A stretch of 63,981 nucleotides of DNA from Chloroflexota bacterium. GTDB lineage: Bacteria; Chloroflexota; Limnocylindria; Limnocylindrales; CSP1-4. Below the pieces are notes generated by a model. That model saw nothing but the letters and a program-made list of their open reading frames with translations, was not told the origin of the DNA and ran no database searches. The first letter of the stretch is position 1. Every line of letters starts with the position of its first letter. Location: assembly GCA_003152995.1 (NCBI GenBank), contig PMBR01000117.1:1-63981 (forward strand), read 5' to 3'. Position numbers and translations under genes: made by a program. Positions 17,565-26,624 of the stretch are shown here, one piece after another.

Positions 17565-18802
17565 GCGTCCAGACTCCCCTGCCCTCCCTGGTCGTCGAGG
17601 AGGTCCCGATCGATCTCCTCCGTCCTGATCCCGCCAACCCTCGACGGATCAGCGACGAGGAGCTGGACTCCCTGGAGCGCAGCCTCCGCCAGTTCGGCTT
17701 CGTCCAGCCGGTCCTCGCTCGCAAGGAGGACAAGACTGTCATCGGCGGTCACCAGCGCCTGCTTGCCGCCCGCCGGCTCGGCCTGGCCACAGTCCCGGTC
17801 ACCTACCTCGATCTATCTACAGAGCAGGCTCGTCTGCTCAACCTCGCCCTCAACAAGATCTCCGGGTCCTGGGACGACGCTTTGCTCGCCCGTCTGCTGG
17901 CCGACCTGCAGGCCAGCCCGAACATCGACCTGACCCTCTCCGGCTTCGGAGACGACGAGATCGCCGATCTCCTCCGCAGTCTGGAGACCCGCGAGAAGAA
18001 GGAGCGGGTCGAGGACTTCGATCTCGACTCCGCTCTAGAGGACGCAACCCGGACTCCGCGCTCCAAGCCTGGCGATCTATGGGCCCTCGGCGAGCACCGA
18101 CTCCTGTGCGGGGACGCCACCAAGCCCGAGGACCTCGAACGGCTTCTGGCTGGCGCTCAAGCCTCGATGGCGTTCACCGATCCGCCATACAACGTCAGCC
18201 TCGGCGATCACGGTGGCCAGCAGAGAGGATCGCGAAAGAGACGGATCGCCAACGACTCCATGGACCCGATCGCCTGGGAGGTCTTCGTCCGGGCCTGGGG
18301 CCGGACGCTCCTGACCAGCGTCGACGGCGCCATCTACTGCGCCATGAGCAGCAAGGAGATGCCGCTCGTGTCGCGGGTCCTGGCCGAGGAAGGCGGCCAC
18401 TGGTCCGACACGATCATCTGGCACAAGGATCGCTTCGTCCTCGGACGTGCCGACTACCAGCGGGCGTATGAGCCGATCTGGTTCGGTTGGCGGGAAGGCG
18501 CGAGCCACCACTGGTGCGGGGATCGCGACCAGGACGACGTCTGGGAGATCAACCGACCATCCGACGCTCCGCTCCACCCCACGATGAAGCCTCTGCCGTT
18601 GATGGAGCGCGCGATTGCCAACAGCAGCGAGGCGGGTGATCTGGTGCTGGACCTCTTCGCCGGCTCAGGCAGCACCCTCATCGCCTGCGAGCGGACCGGC
18701 CGGCGGTGTGCGGCCCTCGAACTCGATCCTCGCTATGTAGACGTAGTGCTGGCGCGCTTCGAGAGGTTCAGCGGCCAGACTGCGGAGCGGCTCGATGGCT
18801 AG
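17561..18802 (+). CDS. ParB-like N-terminal domain fused to N4/N6 DNA methyltransferase
   Basis: IDLLRPDPANPRRI...GGHQRLLAARRLG (ParB/Srx fold). FTDPPYNV and LDLFAGSGSTLIACE methyltransferase motifs. Confidence 0.85.
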   Translation: MSVQTPLPSLVVEEVPIDLLRPDPANPRRISDEELDSLERSLRQFGFVQPVLARKEDKTVIGGHQRLLAARRLGLATVPVTYLDLSTEQARLLNLALNKISGSWDDALLARLLADLQASPNIDLTLSGFGDDEIADLLRSLETREKKERVEDFDLDSALEDATRTPRSKPGDLWALGEHRLLCGDATKPEDLERLLAGAQASMAFTDPPYNVSLGDHGGQQRGSRKRRIANDSMDPIAWEVFVRAWGRTLLTSVDGAIYCAMSSKEMPLVSRVLAEEGGHWSDTIIWHKDRFVLGRADYQRAYEPIWFGWREGASHHWCGDRDQDDVWEINRPSDAPLHPTMKPLPLMERAIANSSEAGDLVLDLFAGSGSTLIACERTGRRCAALELDPRYVDVVLARFERFSGQTAERLDG

Positions 18803-19196
18803 ACGAGCATCGCCACCCAAGCCGGCGTCGGGCGCCACCGTGGCTCGTGTGCGCCGATCGAGATCCAAGTCGGCCACGAACGCGACTCGCGCCCTGCGTG
18901 CGAGCGTGGACGCCCTCGCGGCCAAGGTTCCCCTCCAGGCAGCAGACCGCAATGACTCGACCCGCTGGGCGCTCCGCTATCTAGAAGCCAGCCGACCGAC
19001 GAGCGTCCTAGCACCCACACCCCTGAGCGCGGAAGACAAGACCAAGATGGTCTATGTCCAGGCCGATCAGTTGGTGGGCGTGATCAGAGCCGTGCTGGAG
19101 GGGCTCAACCTGTCGGACGCCGACTACACCCGCGGCATCGACCTCGCGATCAAGGAGCTTCGGGCTGCCTCCTCGCAAGGCTGGGAGCCGCTGTGA
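18795..19196 (+). CDS. Hypothetical protein (133 aa)
   Basis: Overlaps the upstream stop by 8 nt, consistent with operon continuity. Confidence 0.45.
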   Translation: MARRASPPKPASGATVARVRRSRSKSATNATRALRASVDALAAKVPLQAADRNDSTRWALRYLEASRPTSVLAPTPLSAEDKTKMVYVQADQLVGVIRAVLEGLNLSDADYTRGIDLAIKELRAASSQGWEPL

Positions 19197-19251
19197 GCGA
19201 CCGACCCTATGGCGAGATGGCGAGCACCCGGCGGTATACCAGAGGTAAACG

Positions 19252-19671
19252 ATGGTAAACCGCGGCTGCACCTTCGAGATGCCCGACGGCCTCCTGTGTC
19301 AGGCTCCAGCGCTGCGCGGCAAGGCGCTCTGCTACTGGCACGAACCCGACGCATCCGACGCGGCGCAGGAAGCTCGGCGGGTCGGAGGCCACCATCGGCG
19401 CAAGGCCCGAAGCGTCGCGACCATCTACGACTTCGCAGGGTTGCGCACCGTCGAGAGCGCCCAGCGACTGCTCGAGACCGCGGCCATTGAGACGTTGGCC
19501 TTGGAGAACTCGATCCAGCGCAACCGCACCCTCATCAGTGCCGCAGCCGGTGCCGGCAAGCTCATCGAGGCAGGCGATCTAGCAGACCGACTGACCGCCG
19601 TTGAAGCCGCCGTTGGCCCCAAGGCCCATCCCGAAGGCGATGCCGCCTTCCCCGAGGAGCCAGCTCGATGA
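19252..19671 (+). CDS. Hypothetical protein (139 aa)
   Basis: ORF coupled to the next gene through an ATGA overlap at 19668. Confidence 0.45.
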   Translation: MVNRGCTFEMPDGLLCQAPALRGKALCYWHEPDASDAAQEARRVGGHHRRKARSVATIYDFAGLRTVESAQRLLETAAIETLALENSIQRNRTLISAAAGAGKLIEAGDLADRLTAVEAAVGPKAHPEGDAAFPEEPAR

Positions 19672-20450
19672 CCCTTAAGCGACGCCTCGACTCCCTTGAG
19701 ACCTCACTGTCCCCCACCCAGCTTGTCCTGCGCTGGCTGGCCGAGGCTCATACCTACGGCGACATCGAGCCCTACGTAGCCTCGCTCCTGGCCGAGCCCA
19801 CGCCGGCCGCTCCTCTGGATCGTCTGGCCCGGGAGGCAGTCCAGGGGGCTAGGACTGCAATGCGCGGCAAGCGTCCCGAAGTGGTGGATGCCGCAGTCCG
19901 GAGCGCCCTACGCGAGACGGTCTTTCGCTTCGAGCTGGTGATGCGCATCAACGTGACCGCACACGAGCTACTGGATCGGGAGGCCTTGATCGACGCCGCC
20001 CTGTCAGCCAACCTCTGCCTTGCCTTCGGCGGGGATCAGCAGGCCGACCCGAAACGCGTGGAGCACCTCGCGACCCTGCGCGATCTGATCTGCGTCCGGG
20101 TTGACGAGCTATTGGCCAGCGGGGAAGCGCGCACGCTCGTCGAGAATCGCTACCTCGACGGCCATGACGCGCTCTTCCCCGACCTCGCAGCGGCCTGGGA
20201 AGAGCAGATCCACAGCACACAGGTGATCGCGGCTATGGCAGTCCGCATGGCCGAACTCGACGGCGCCCGGGCCGCTCCAACGCCGGACCCCGAGACGCCG
20301 TCCCGGCGGACGACGGAGCTTGTGGCCGATCTGGTGGAGCCTGCGAAGTCCGAAACGCTCGACAAGCTCGGGGAGGGCCGGCGGTCGCTGGACATCGCCA
20401 ACGCCTGGGTGCGGCGCAAGCTCCGCCAAGTTCCGCAGCCGGAGCCGTGA
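19668..20450 (+). CDS. Hypothetical protein (260 aa)
   Basis: Coupled to the upstream ORF. No motif recognised. Confidence 0.5.
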   Translation: MTLKRRLDSLETSLSPTQLVLRWLAEAHTYGDIEPYVASLLAEPTPAAPLDRLAREAVQGARTAMRGKRPEVVDAAVRSALRETVFRFELVMRINVTAHELLDREALIDAALSANLCLAFGGDQQADPKRVEHLATLRDLICVRVDELLASGEARTLVENRYLDGHDALFPDLAAAWEEQIHSTQVIAAMAVRMAELDGARAAPTPDPETPSRRTTELVADLVEPAKSETLDKLGEGRRSLDIANAWVRRKLRQVPQPEP

Positions 20451-20563
20451 ACGCCGTCACCATGGAACGATCGTGAGGTCGCCGTCCGACAACTCCGTCA
20501 CGATGCTAGCTATGCTGGCGTCCCAACCTCAATCGACGGGGCAGGCTCACAGAAGGGGATCAC

Positions 20564-22135
20564 GTGGAGCGGGGACCGGGTTCGTGGTCGGGTGGTAGAC
20601 GGGGTTCGTTCGGTCTGGCAGCGGTGGCGCTGATCGCTCTCGCGGCGACCGCGTGCACCGCGACGACGAGTCCGTCGCCGCAAGCATCAGCATCGCCGTC
20701 CGCGTCGGCAACGCCATCGGCAAGCGCCATCGGTTCGACCGAGACTGCCAGTCCGAGTCCGAGTCCGACTCCGAGCCCGACCGCCTTCTGGACCCCCGAT
20801 CTCGCCCTCACGCCGTCACCGACCGTCGCGCCGGATGACAACCCCACCGACGCGACGCCGACCCCGCCACTCCCCAAGGGCCCGCTGCCGAGCGTCGGCC
20901 CCGTCCCGACCGGCAACTGGACCGGCATCAAGTGGATCGCCATTCCCGGTGGCCACTCGCCGGCCATTCCGCCCTACACGGAGGACTACACCGTCAACGA
21001 CACTCTGGAAGGTTGGAGCCAGGGATACCTCGAGTTGATGTGGAACCCGTACAACCGCACGTTGACGCCGTGGGTTTCGACGGATGGGTTGAACTGGAGC
21101 TCCGGATCACGGATCGACATCAGCCTCTGGAGCGCCCAATTCAAGGGCTATGACCAGGGACTCGACGCCGCGGACCGCGCCGACTGCGGTTTCGAGGTCG
21201 TCCAATTTGAAGAAGGACCGGCGAACCTGCTGCTCCGAGGGAAGGTCGCCTGCAGCGGAGGCTGCGGCGGACCCTGGTATACGACCGAAACGATGTGGTC
21301 CTCTACGGACGCGAAGTCCTGGACGCCGATTGATATGCCAAAGATCTTCGGAGCTGGCGGGATCGGCCCGATCTCTGGTGGCTCGAGTGGCTTCGTCGCT
21401 CTCGGGGCCTCTCACGACAAACAGACCATATGGACTTCGAGCGACGGCCAGAACTGGGAACCTGGCGCGCTCCCTCCGGCTGCCCTAGCTACCGGATCAT
21501 GGGCCAACGATCCGGCTTCGTTCGCGGGCGGTTTCGTGCTCCCGGGTGTCGTGCTCGAGGCCAAGGGCCACGGCTTTGTCCCGCCGAACCATAGTGACTA
21601 CGGCTACGGCGGCGGCTACACCGACGGAGGTTGTGTTGGCCGTAGTCCAACAGACTTCTCGATGTACCGGGCCGCGATATGGTGGTCGCCCGACGGCAGC
21701 ACGTGGACACGAGCCACCTTGAGCGGGACCACAGCTGCCTCAAGCGTAGACATGGAGATCTATCGGATAGACGACCACACGTTGATAGCGCAGCAGATCG
21801 CTTCTACCGAGGACAGGGTGCTCACGTCCTGGATTTCCACCGACGGCAAGAGCTGGATGAGGCTCGTCAGTCGGTTCCCCGAGCTGCTGCCATGGCAGCT
21901 TATTGTGGGAAGGACTCGCGGCTTTATCTACGATTACGGGTGGGCCGGAGGCGAGGTCAGCACGATCCCGGCTACGACGCTGTCTGTCTTCACTCCCGAC
22001 TTCAGGATGGCCGATCTCAAACAGACCGGCGACGCTCCCTGGATCGACGAATGGCAGACCGCGCTGGGGCCGACCGGACTCCTCGTTACAGAAGATGGCT
22101 CGCAGTTCTGGATCGGGGTGCCGACTGCCGGGTGA
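20564..22135 (+). CDS. Lipoprotein with BNR/Asp-box beta-propeller repeats
   Basis: Lipobox LAATAC and a Ser/Pro/Thr linker. Five S-x-D-G-x-x-W boxes: WVSTDGLNW, SSTDAKSW, TSSDGQNW, WSPDGSTW, ISTDGKSW. Confidence 0.7.
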   Translation: MERGPGSWSGGRRGSFGLAAVALIALAATACTATTSPSPQASASPSASATPSASAIGSTETASPSPSPTPSPTAFWTPDLALTPSPTVAPDDNPTDATPTPPLPKGPLPSVGPVPTGNWTGIKWIAIPGGHSPAIPPYTEDYTVNDTLEGWSQGYLELMWNPYNRTLTPWVSTDGLNWSSGSRIDISLWSAQFKGYDQGLDAADRADCGFEVVQFEEGPANLLLRGKVACSGGCGGPWYTTETMWSSTDAKSWTPIDMPKIFGAGGIGPISGGSSGFVALGASHDKQTIWTSSDGQNWEPGALPPAALATGSWANDPASFAGGFVLPGVVLEAKGHGFVPPNHSDYGYGGGYTDGGCVGRSPTDFSMYRAAIWWSPDGSTWTRATLSGTTAASSVDMEIYRIDDHTLIAQQIASTEDRVLTSWISTDGKSWMRLVSRFPELLPWQLIVGRTRGFIYDYGWAGGEVSTIPATTLSVFTPDFRMADLKQTGDAPWIDEWQTALGPTGLLVTEDGSQFWIGVPTAG

Positions 22136-22302
22136 GCGGGCCAGGAAGGCAAGCAGCGCTCGGCCGCCACCATGACACCATCGCGTTCGCATCGGCCGTC
22201 CTGCCCAGACCTGGGCTGATTGGCTTCGCTCGCGGGGCCCTGACGTGCCCCCGGTCGGCTCGGTATCCTGTCGGGGCTGACCAAGGCGAGGGACAAGAGG
22301 GC

Positions 22303-24273
22303 ATGGCCAAACGCGCAACGTCCACCTATAAGCCTGTGAGGCCACGCAGTCGCGATCGCGCCGTCGGTGGCTGGCGTGGCCGCTTGCGCCTGCGGCGAGC
22401 TCGACCGCGACGCGAAGCCGTCCTTGTCGGTGGGCTCGCCCTGGCGGTGATCGTGGCCCTGGCCACTCTGGGCGGAGCGGTCCTGCTGGCCAAGGTCGAC
22501 CACGACTGGGCGAGCATCGCAACCGTGAACGGCCAGTCGATCAGTCGCGAGGCTCTGCGCTCACGGGTGAGCGTTCTGGAGTTACTCGCCACTGAGCGCT
22601 ACTCGTTCATCGCTAGCGAAGTTGGGCCGGGCGTCATCAGCGCCAGCGAGGCGAGCGATCTGGAGGCCGGAGCATCCGCACCACTGGCCGATATCGTGAC
22701 CGCAGCCCGCGAGAGCCTGATCGACGATGAGCTGGTCCGACAACTCGCAGATCGTGAAGGGGTCGCCACCAGCGCGCCTCCCGATCCCTGGGCCGAGGCA
22801 CTGGCGTACATAACGGGCGATCTGCGCCATCAGGTCCGAGTCGTGCGCTTTGGCCTGCCAACGAGCGGCGCAGGTTCGAACACCGCCACTGGCGGCTCTG
22901 GGCCCTGGCCGCCCGCCACCTCAGCCAACATCGCCGCCGCCACCGAGCGCCTGCGAGTGGAGCTTGCGGCCAACACGAAGGTGGAGACGATCGTGGCCGG
23001 CCTCCACGACGCGGGCTGGACCGTCACCGGCGAGGACGTAGCGCTGTCATCGAGCGGCGTACCTGCCGACGCCTCGCTCGCGCTCGACCCGCAGATCGCC
23101 GCCGGAGCCGAGACCGCGGGGGTCGACGATCTCCTGGGTCCCGCGACCGACGAATACGGCGAGGTCGCCATGGCCCGGGTCCTGGCTCCGACAGACACCA
23201 ACCGCGCCCTGATGGGTCTGCGCGAGGACGCCGGGAGCGCCAAGCTCGATACCGGAGCTCTCGCGGACTGGGCCGAGGGTCAGGCTCTCTCGCGTGCCCT
23301 GGCCGGCGACCTGGCGACCCGCCAGAAGACCGCGGGTGTGACCCTCGCGCACTTTCGAGAGCTCGTCATCGGAGATGCACCCGACTCATCGGGAACAGCT
23401 GGTCCCTGGGTCGAGCTATCGGGTCTGGCACTCGATCGACTCGCGTCGGTAAGCCCTAGCTCGATAGCCGGTGCTCCGGCCGGTCTGGATCTCGGAGCCG
23501 ATGCGCTGGCCAAGACTCTGCGCGGCCTGGCGCCACCCGATCGGATCAAGCTATTTGGTGCCCTGGTCAGCGGCGCCAACGCCGCACCCGGCTCGGATGG
23601 CCCCGATTCCTCTGGTGAGATCGGCTTTGCCACAAACGATGGTCTCCTCCCCGACATCGGTAAGGCGGCCTTCGATGCCAGGGTTCGGACCCCCGACATC
23701 CTGGGGCCGATCACTACCTCCGCTGGTCCGCAGCTATTCCTGGTCGAAGCCCGCTTTGGTGGAGCGCTCGACGAACGAGCGAAGGCTGCCCTGCAGGAGG
23801 TCCGGGCCGATCCCTCACCCGATCCGCTGACCTACACCACCCGCTTCTCGGCGCCCGATGCTGCTCTCGCGCGCGATGGCGGCTGGCGTGCCGACGCCGA
23901 GTTCGGAGCGGCCGAGGACGTTCGCTCCGCTCTCTTCGATACACCTCTTGGCACTCTCTCGGGTCCGTTCGTTCTCGATGGCAAGCTCGCCTGTGCCATC
24001 GTGGACTCCCGTTCGAGTGGCATCCCCTCTGCTCGAACGCTAGCTCGACTCTCGCTCGATGGCTTCGATGCCTGGTATCACGATGAGCGCATCGCGGCCA
24101 CCATCACCCGCTCGGATAACCCTCTACCCGAGCTTGCCTCTCCATCCCCGTCACCGACTCTGGCCCTGCCCACGATGCCCGGCCTCGCGACCCCGGCTCT
24201 GCCGACCATCCCGGGCCTTCCCGGGGCCACACCGGTCAGGACCGATGAGATGGGGTTGCCGGCGCTGCCGTAG
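22303..24273 (+). CDS. Membrane-anchored parvulin-type peptidyl-prolyl isomerase (SurA/PrsA/PpiD-like)
   Basis: ATG 22303 gives MAKRATS..., then a TM segment, a SurA-N-like region and the PpiC-like GEIGFATNDGLLPDIGKAAFD...GPQLFLVEA. The part of the track ORF 5' of 22303 overlaps the previous gene. Confidence 0.65.
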   Translation: MAKRATSTYKPVRPRSRDRAVGGWRGRLRLRRARPRREAVLVGGLALAVIVALATLGGAVLLAKVDHDWASIATVNGQSISREALRSRVSVLELLATERYSFIASEVGPGVISASEASDLEAGASAPLADIVTAARESLIDDELVRQLADREGVATSAPPDPWAEALAYITGDLRHQVRVVRFGLPTSGAGSNTATGGSGPWPPATSANIAAATERLRVELAANTKVETIVAGLHDAGWTVTGEDVALSSSGVPADASLALDPQIAAGAETAGVDDLLGPATDEYGEVAMARVLAPTDTNRALMGLREDAGSAKLDTGALADWAEGQALSRALAGDLATRQKTAGVTLAHFRELVIGDAPDSSGTAGPWVELSGLALDRLASVSPSSIAGAPAGLDLGADALAKTLRGLAPPDRIKLFGALVSGANAAPGSDGPDSSGEIGFATNDGLLPDIGKAAFDARVRTPDILGPITTSAGPQLFLVEARFGGALDERAKAALQEVRADPSPDPLTYTTRFSAPDAALARDGGWRADAEFGAAEDVRSALFDTPLGTLSGPFVLDGKLACAIVDSRSSGIPSARTLARLSLDGFDAWYHDERIAATITRSDNPLPELASPSPSPTLALPTMPGLATPALPTIPGLPGATPVRTDEMGLPALP

Positions 24274-24408
24274 GGTGAGGGCAGGCGACGGGCGGCATCA
24301 GTCGCGACGAGCCCCCATCGACATGACCGAATCAAGCGGCGCAACCAACCTATCTGGGGCCGAAAGTGTCCTAGATTCTTGACGCGGGACAAATCTCGGT
24401 GCGCGCGC

Positions 24409-24663
24409 TCAGCCCGGTGGACTCCAGAACTCCGCCCACTCCTGGGCGTGCGCTAACGCTCGGGGACCCAGTCTGTTCTTCCATAGGACGGGATCCAGAT
24501 CGTCCTCCGGCGTGTTCGAAAGGCTCTCGACGAAGCCGACGGCGACGCATTCGGTAACTTGGGGATCTCCCTTGTCCAACAGCCGCTCCACTAGGTCGAA
24601 TAGAGGCAGCCAACAGGACGAAGTGGATCGCGCTGCGAGTAATCGGGCTGAAGGCTCGCGCAA
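24409..24663 (-). CDS. Possible immunity-type small protein, perhaps frameshifted
   Basis: LFDLVERLLDKGDPQVTECVAVGFVESLSN resembles small helical immunity proteins. A plausible N-terminus lies in another frame (24371..24715 ORF). Confidence 0.35.
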   Translation of the reverse strand: MREPSARLLAARSTSSCWLPLFDLVERLLDKGDPQVTECVAVGFVESLSNTPEDDLDPVLWKNRLGPRALAHAQEWAEFWSPPG

Positions 24664-24793
24664 AATAGGCGCGGAGAAAAGCCAGCCGCCGAGCGGCTTG
24701 CGGGCGGCGAGTCATTGTTGGGCCTTTCTGCCAAGGTCTTAGGCCTCGACGAAGGGCTCGACGATCGCGGTGGGAGCGTCCATGAGAAATGGG

Positions 24794-25168
24794 TCAAATG
24801 AAAGAGAACCACGAGTCGCCTGGTCCCGCGCCTGCCAGAAGCGTCGGACCAATATGAGCGATCCAGCGTTCATACATCAAGTCCTCGGGTTCGGGAGCCG
24901 TTTCGAAGACGAGGCCCGAGTCCCACAGCAGACGCAGGTTGAACAGGTCACCGACGACCTCCAGCCCGGTCAACCTGGCTCCTTCGAGTACTCGGATATC
25001 TTCTGTCGACACCCCACTGCCGGAGACCAGCCGCCAGGAAGTCTGCACCCGAATCGACTGATGCTCGCCAAATCGCAAGAATGGATAGCCGTGCAGAATC
25101 TCGGCGGATTGGCAGGCCATGCCAACCAAACTCGACTGCAACTCGGCTACAACGCGCGCATCCATCAC
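24794..25168 (-). CDS. Candidate immunity protein for the orphan HINT toxin
   Basis: ATGA overlap with the stop of 25165..25920. 124 aa with no signal peptide. Confidence 0.55.
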   Translation of the reverse strand: MMDARVVAELQSSLVGMACQSAEILHGYPFLRFGEHQSIRVQTSWRLVSGSGVSTEDIRVLEGARLTGLEVVGDLFNLRLLWDSGLVFETAPEPEDLMYERWIAHIGPTLLAGAGPGDSWFSFI

Positions 25169-25920
25169 GGAGACAGCTCCAGGTGCGATAGGTCACGATC
25201 AATCTTGCCGCTGAGATTCGCGCCGGTGACGCCCAAAGGCTGCTCCGCGGCGTTCTGCACGATGAGCCGAGGGCCTTGGGGGCCTGAGCTCGCAGCTCCA
25301 TCCATGATCCGCCACGTGTTGCCGGTCGCGGGATCGGTGAAGATCACGCCCGCTTCCTTGCCGAGGGAAGGGACGCTCGGCCAGCCAGCTCTCTGCAGAT
25401 CAGAGATCAGTTGCGACCTCGACGTAGGCACGGCAGCGCCGGTCTTGCCGGCGACGAAGTCGCACAACGGGTTGAAGTTGTGCACGAGCACCGCGCCCGA
25501 GCCGACGAAGAAGGAGTGGGCGCCGTCGACGGTCAGGTCCCACATAGTAGAGGGAGTGGCCGAGACGGTGAAGCTCACGACCGTGGCGGGCTTGCGCGAC
25601 TCGGTCCGGACCTGCTCGCCGATCGCGAGTGAGCCAGCCTCCACCCAGCCGCGATCGGTCGTGAAGAAGGGGTGGTTCGGAGTCGTCTCGATGGGGCCCG
25701 TGTCGGTCACCAGGTGCTCGACGACTGGATCGGTGTGGGCCATGACCGCCGTCACGGTGTGCGGACCGGTGACGCCGGTCCGCGGGTCGTAGGCCTCGAC
25801 CGTGTCCCCGACCCTGATCTCGGAGATGGCGGTCTTGCCGGTCGGGGTGGCGACGAGGGTGTCGGAGCTGACGCGATCACTGCACCGCAAGCTCGCACAG
25901 ATCATGTACGAGGCCGCCAC
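25165..25920 (-). CDS. Orphan polymorphic-toxin module: Hint (intein-like) domain plus a C-terminal toxin domain of about 105 aa
   Basis: DTLVATPTGKTAISEIRVGDTV...TPNHPFFT...GAVLVHN is a Hint/PT-HINT signature. No N-terminal delivery region is present. Confidence 0.7.
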   Translation of the reverse strand: MAASYMICASLRCSDRVSSDTLVATPTGKTAISEIRVGDTVEAYDPRTGVTGPHTVTAVMAHTDPVVEHLVTDTGPIETTPNHPFFTTDRGWVEAGSLAIGEQVRTESRKPATVVSFTVSATPSTMWDLTVDGAHSFFVGSGAVLVHNFNPLCDFVAGKTGAAVPTSRSQLISDLQRAGWPSVPSLGKEAGVIFTDPATGNTWRIMDGAASSGPQGPRLIVQNAAEQPLGVTGANLSGKIDRDLSHLELSP

Positions 25921-26023
25921 CGACCTCTACGACTTCCAGGCCCGCAAGCTACGACCCGAGCCTTTTCGGGCTGCGCCGTTTCCTCAGCGTGCGAGACCTG
26001 CGACCCGGTCCAGCTGCGGATAC

Positions 26024-26581
26024 CTACAGCTTCGGCGTTCGGCCCGTCTGGCCATCGGTCAGCAGCTTCATGATCGTGGTCTGCGACGGCCACGGCCCGC
26101 CGCACGATATCGTGACGCGTTTGCCGGCTCGGCCCGGGACGCTTACCAGCTCCACCACGGGGGGGCTGCCAGACCTGGTGATCGCTGCGAAACGGGATCG
26201 ACCAACCGTGAGGCGCGCTACCTCTGACCACTCGTAGGTCCTGGAGTGGGTCAGATAGCCGATCCGGAGGCCTTTGCCGCTGACCCACAGCTCGGTCGGC
26301 ATGAAGACGAGCCGGCCGATGCGCCGCAGGAGATCCAGACAGAAGAGCACAGCCATGGGGATCGTGAAGAACGGGAAGTGCGCGAGCCTGTCTCCTGCAG
26401 ACTCCGGCGGCGGGGCCGGCGGCCCAAGCGAGATGCTCACCAGGTATAGGCATCCGATCAGGATCGCCGCGTCGAATGCCACCCAGGCCTGACGATTGCG
26501 AAGGACGGACACAGCAAGACACTCGCCGAGCTGTGGATCGGATCGGATGACGGCCCGGTAGTGGGGTCTGTATGTCGCCAT
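26024..26581 (-). CDS. Two-TM membrane protein with PH-like C-terminal domain; candidate RHS immunity protein
   Basis: ATG 26581 lies 4 nt after AGGAGG and immediately downstream of the RHS stop. TM helices AAILIGCLYLVSISL and FFTIPMAVLFCLDLL. Confidence 0.6.
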   Translation of the reverse strand: MATYRPHYRAVIRSDPQLGECLAVSVLRNRQAWVAFDAAILIGCLYLVSISLGPPAPPPESAGDRLAHFPFFTIPMAVLFCLDLLRRIGRLVFMPTELWVSGKGLRIGYLTHSRTYEWSEVARLTVGRSRFAAITRSGSPPVVELVSVPGRAGKRVTISCGGPWPSQTTIMKLLTDGQTGRTPKL

Positions 26582-26624
26582 TCGGCCTCCTAGCCCCAGG
26601 GATTGCCCTGGCGAAGTATGGTCC

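Noticed and set aside
21679-22302. N-terminal 208 aa of the 864-aa track ORF.
   Set aside because: This part overlaps the BNR lipoprotein gene in another frame. A good ATG at 22303 starts a sensible cytoplasmic tail plus TM.
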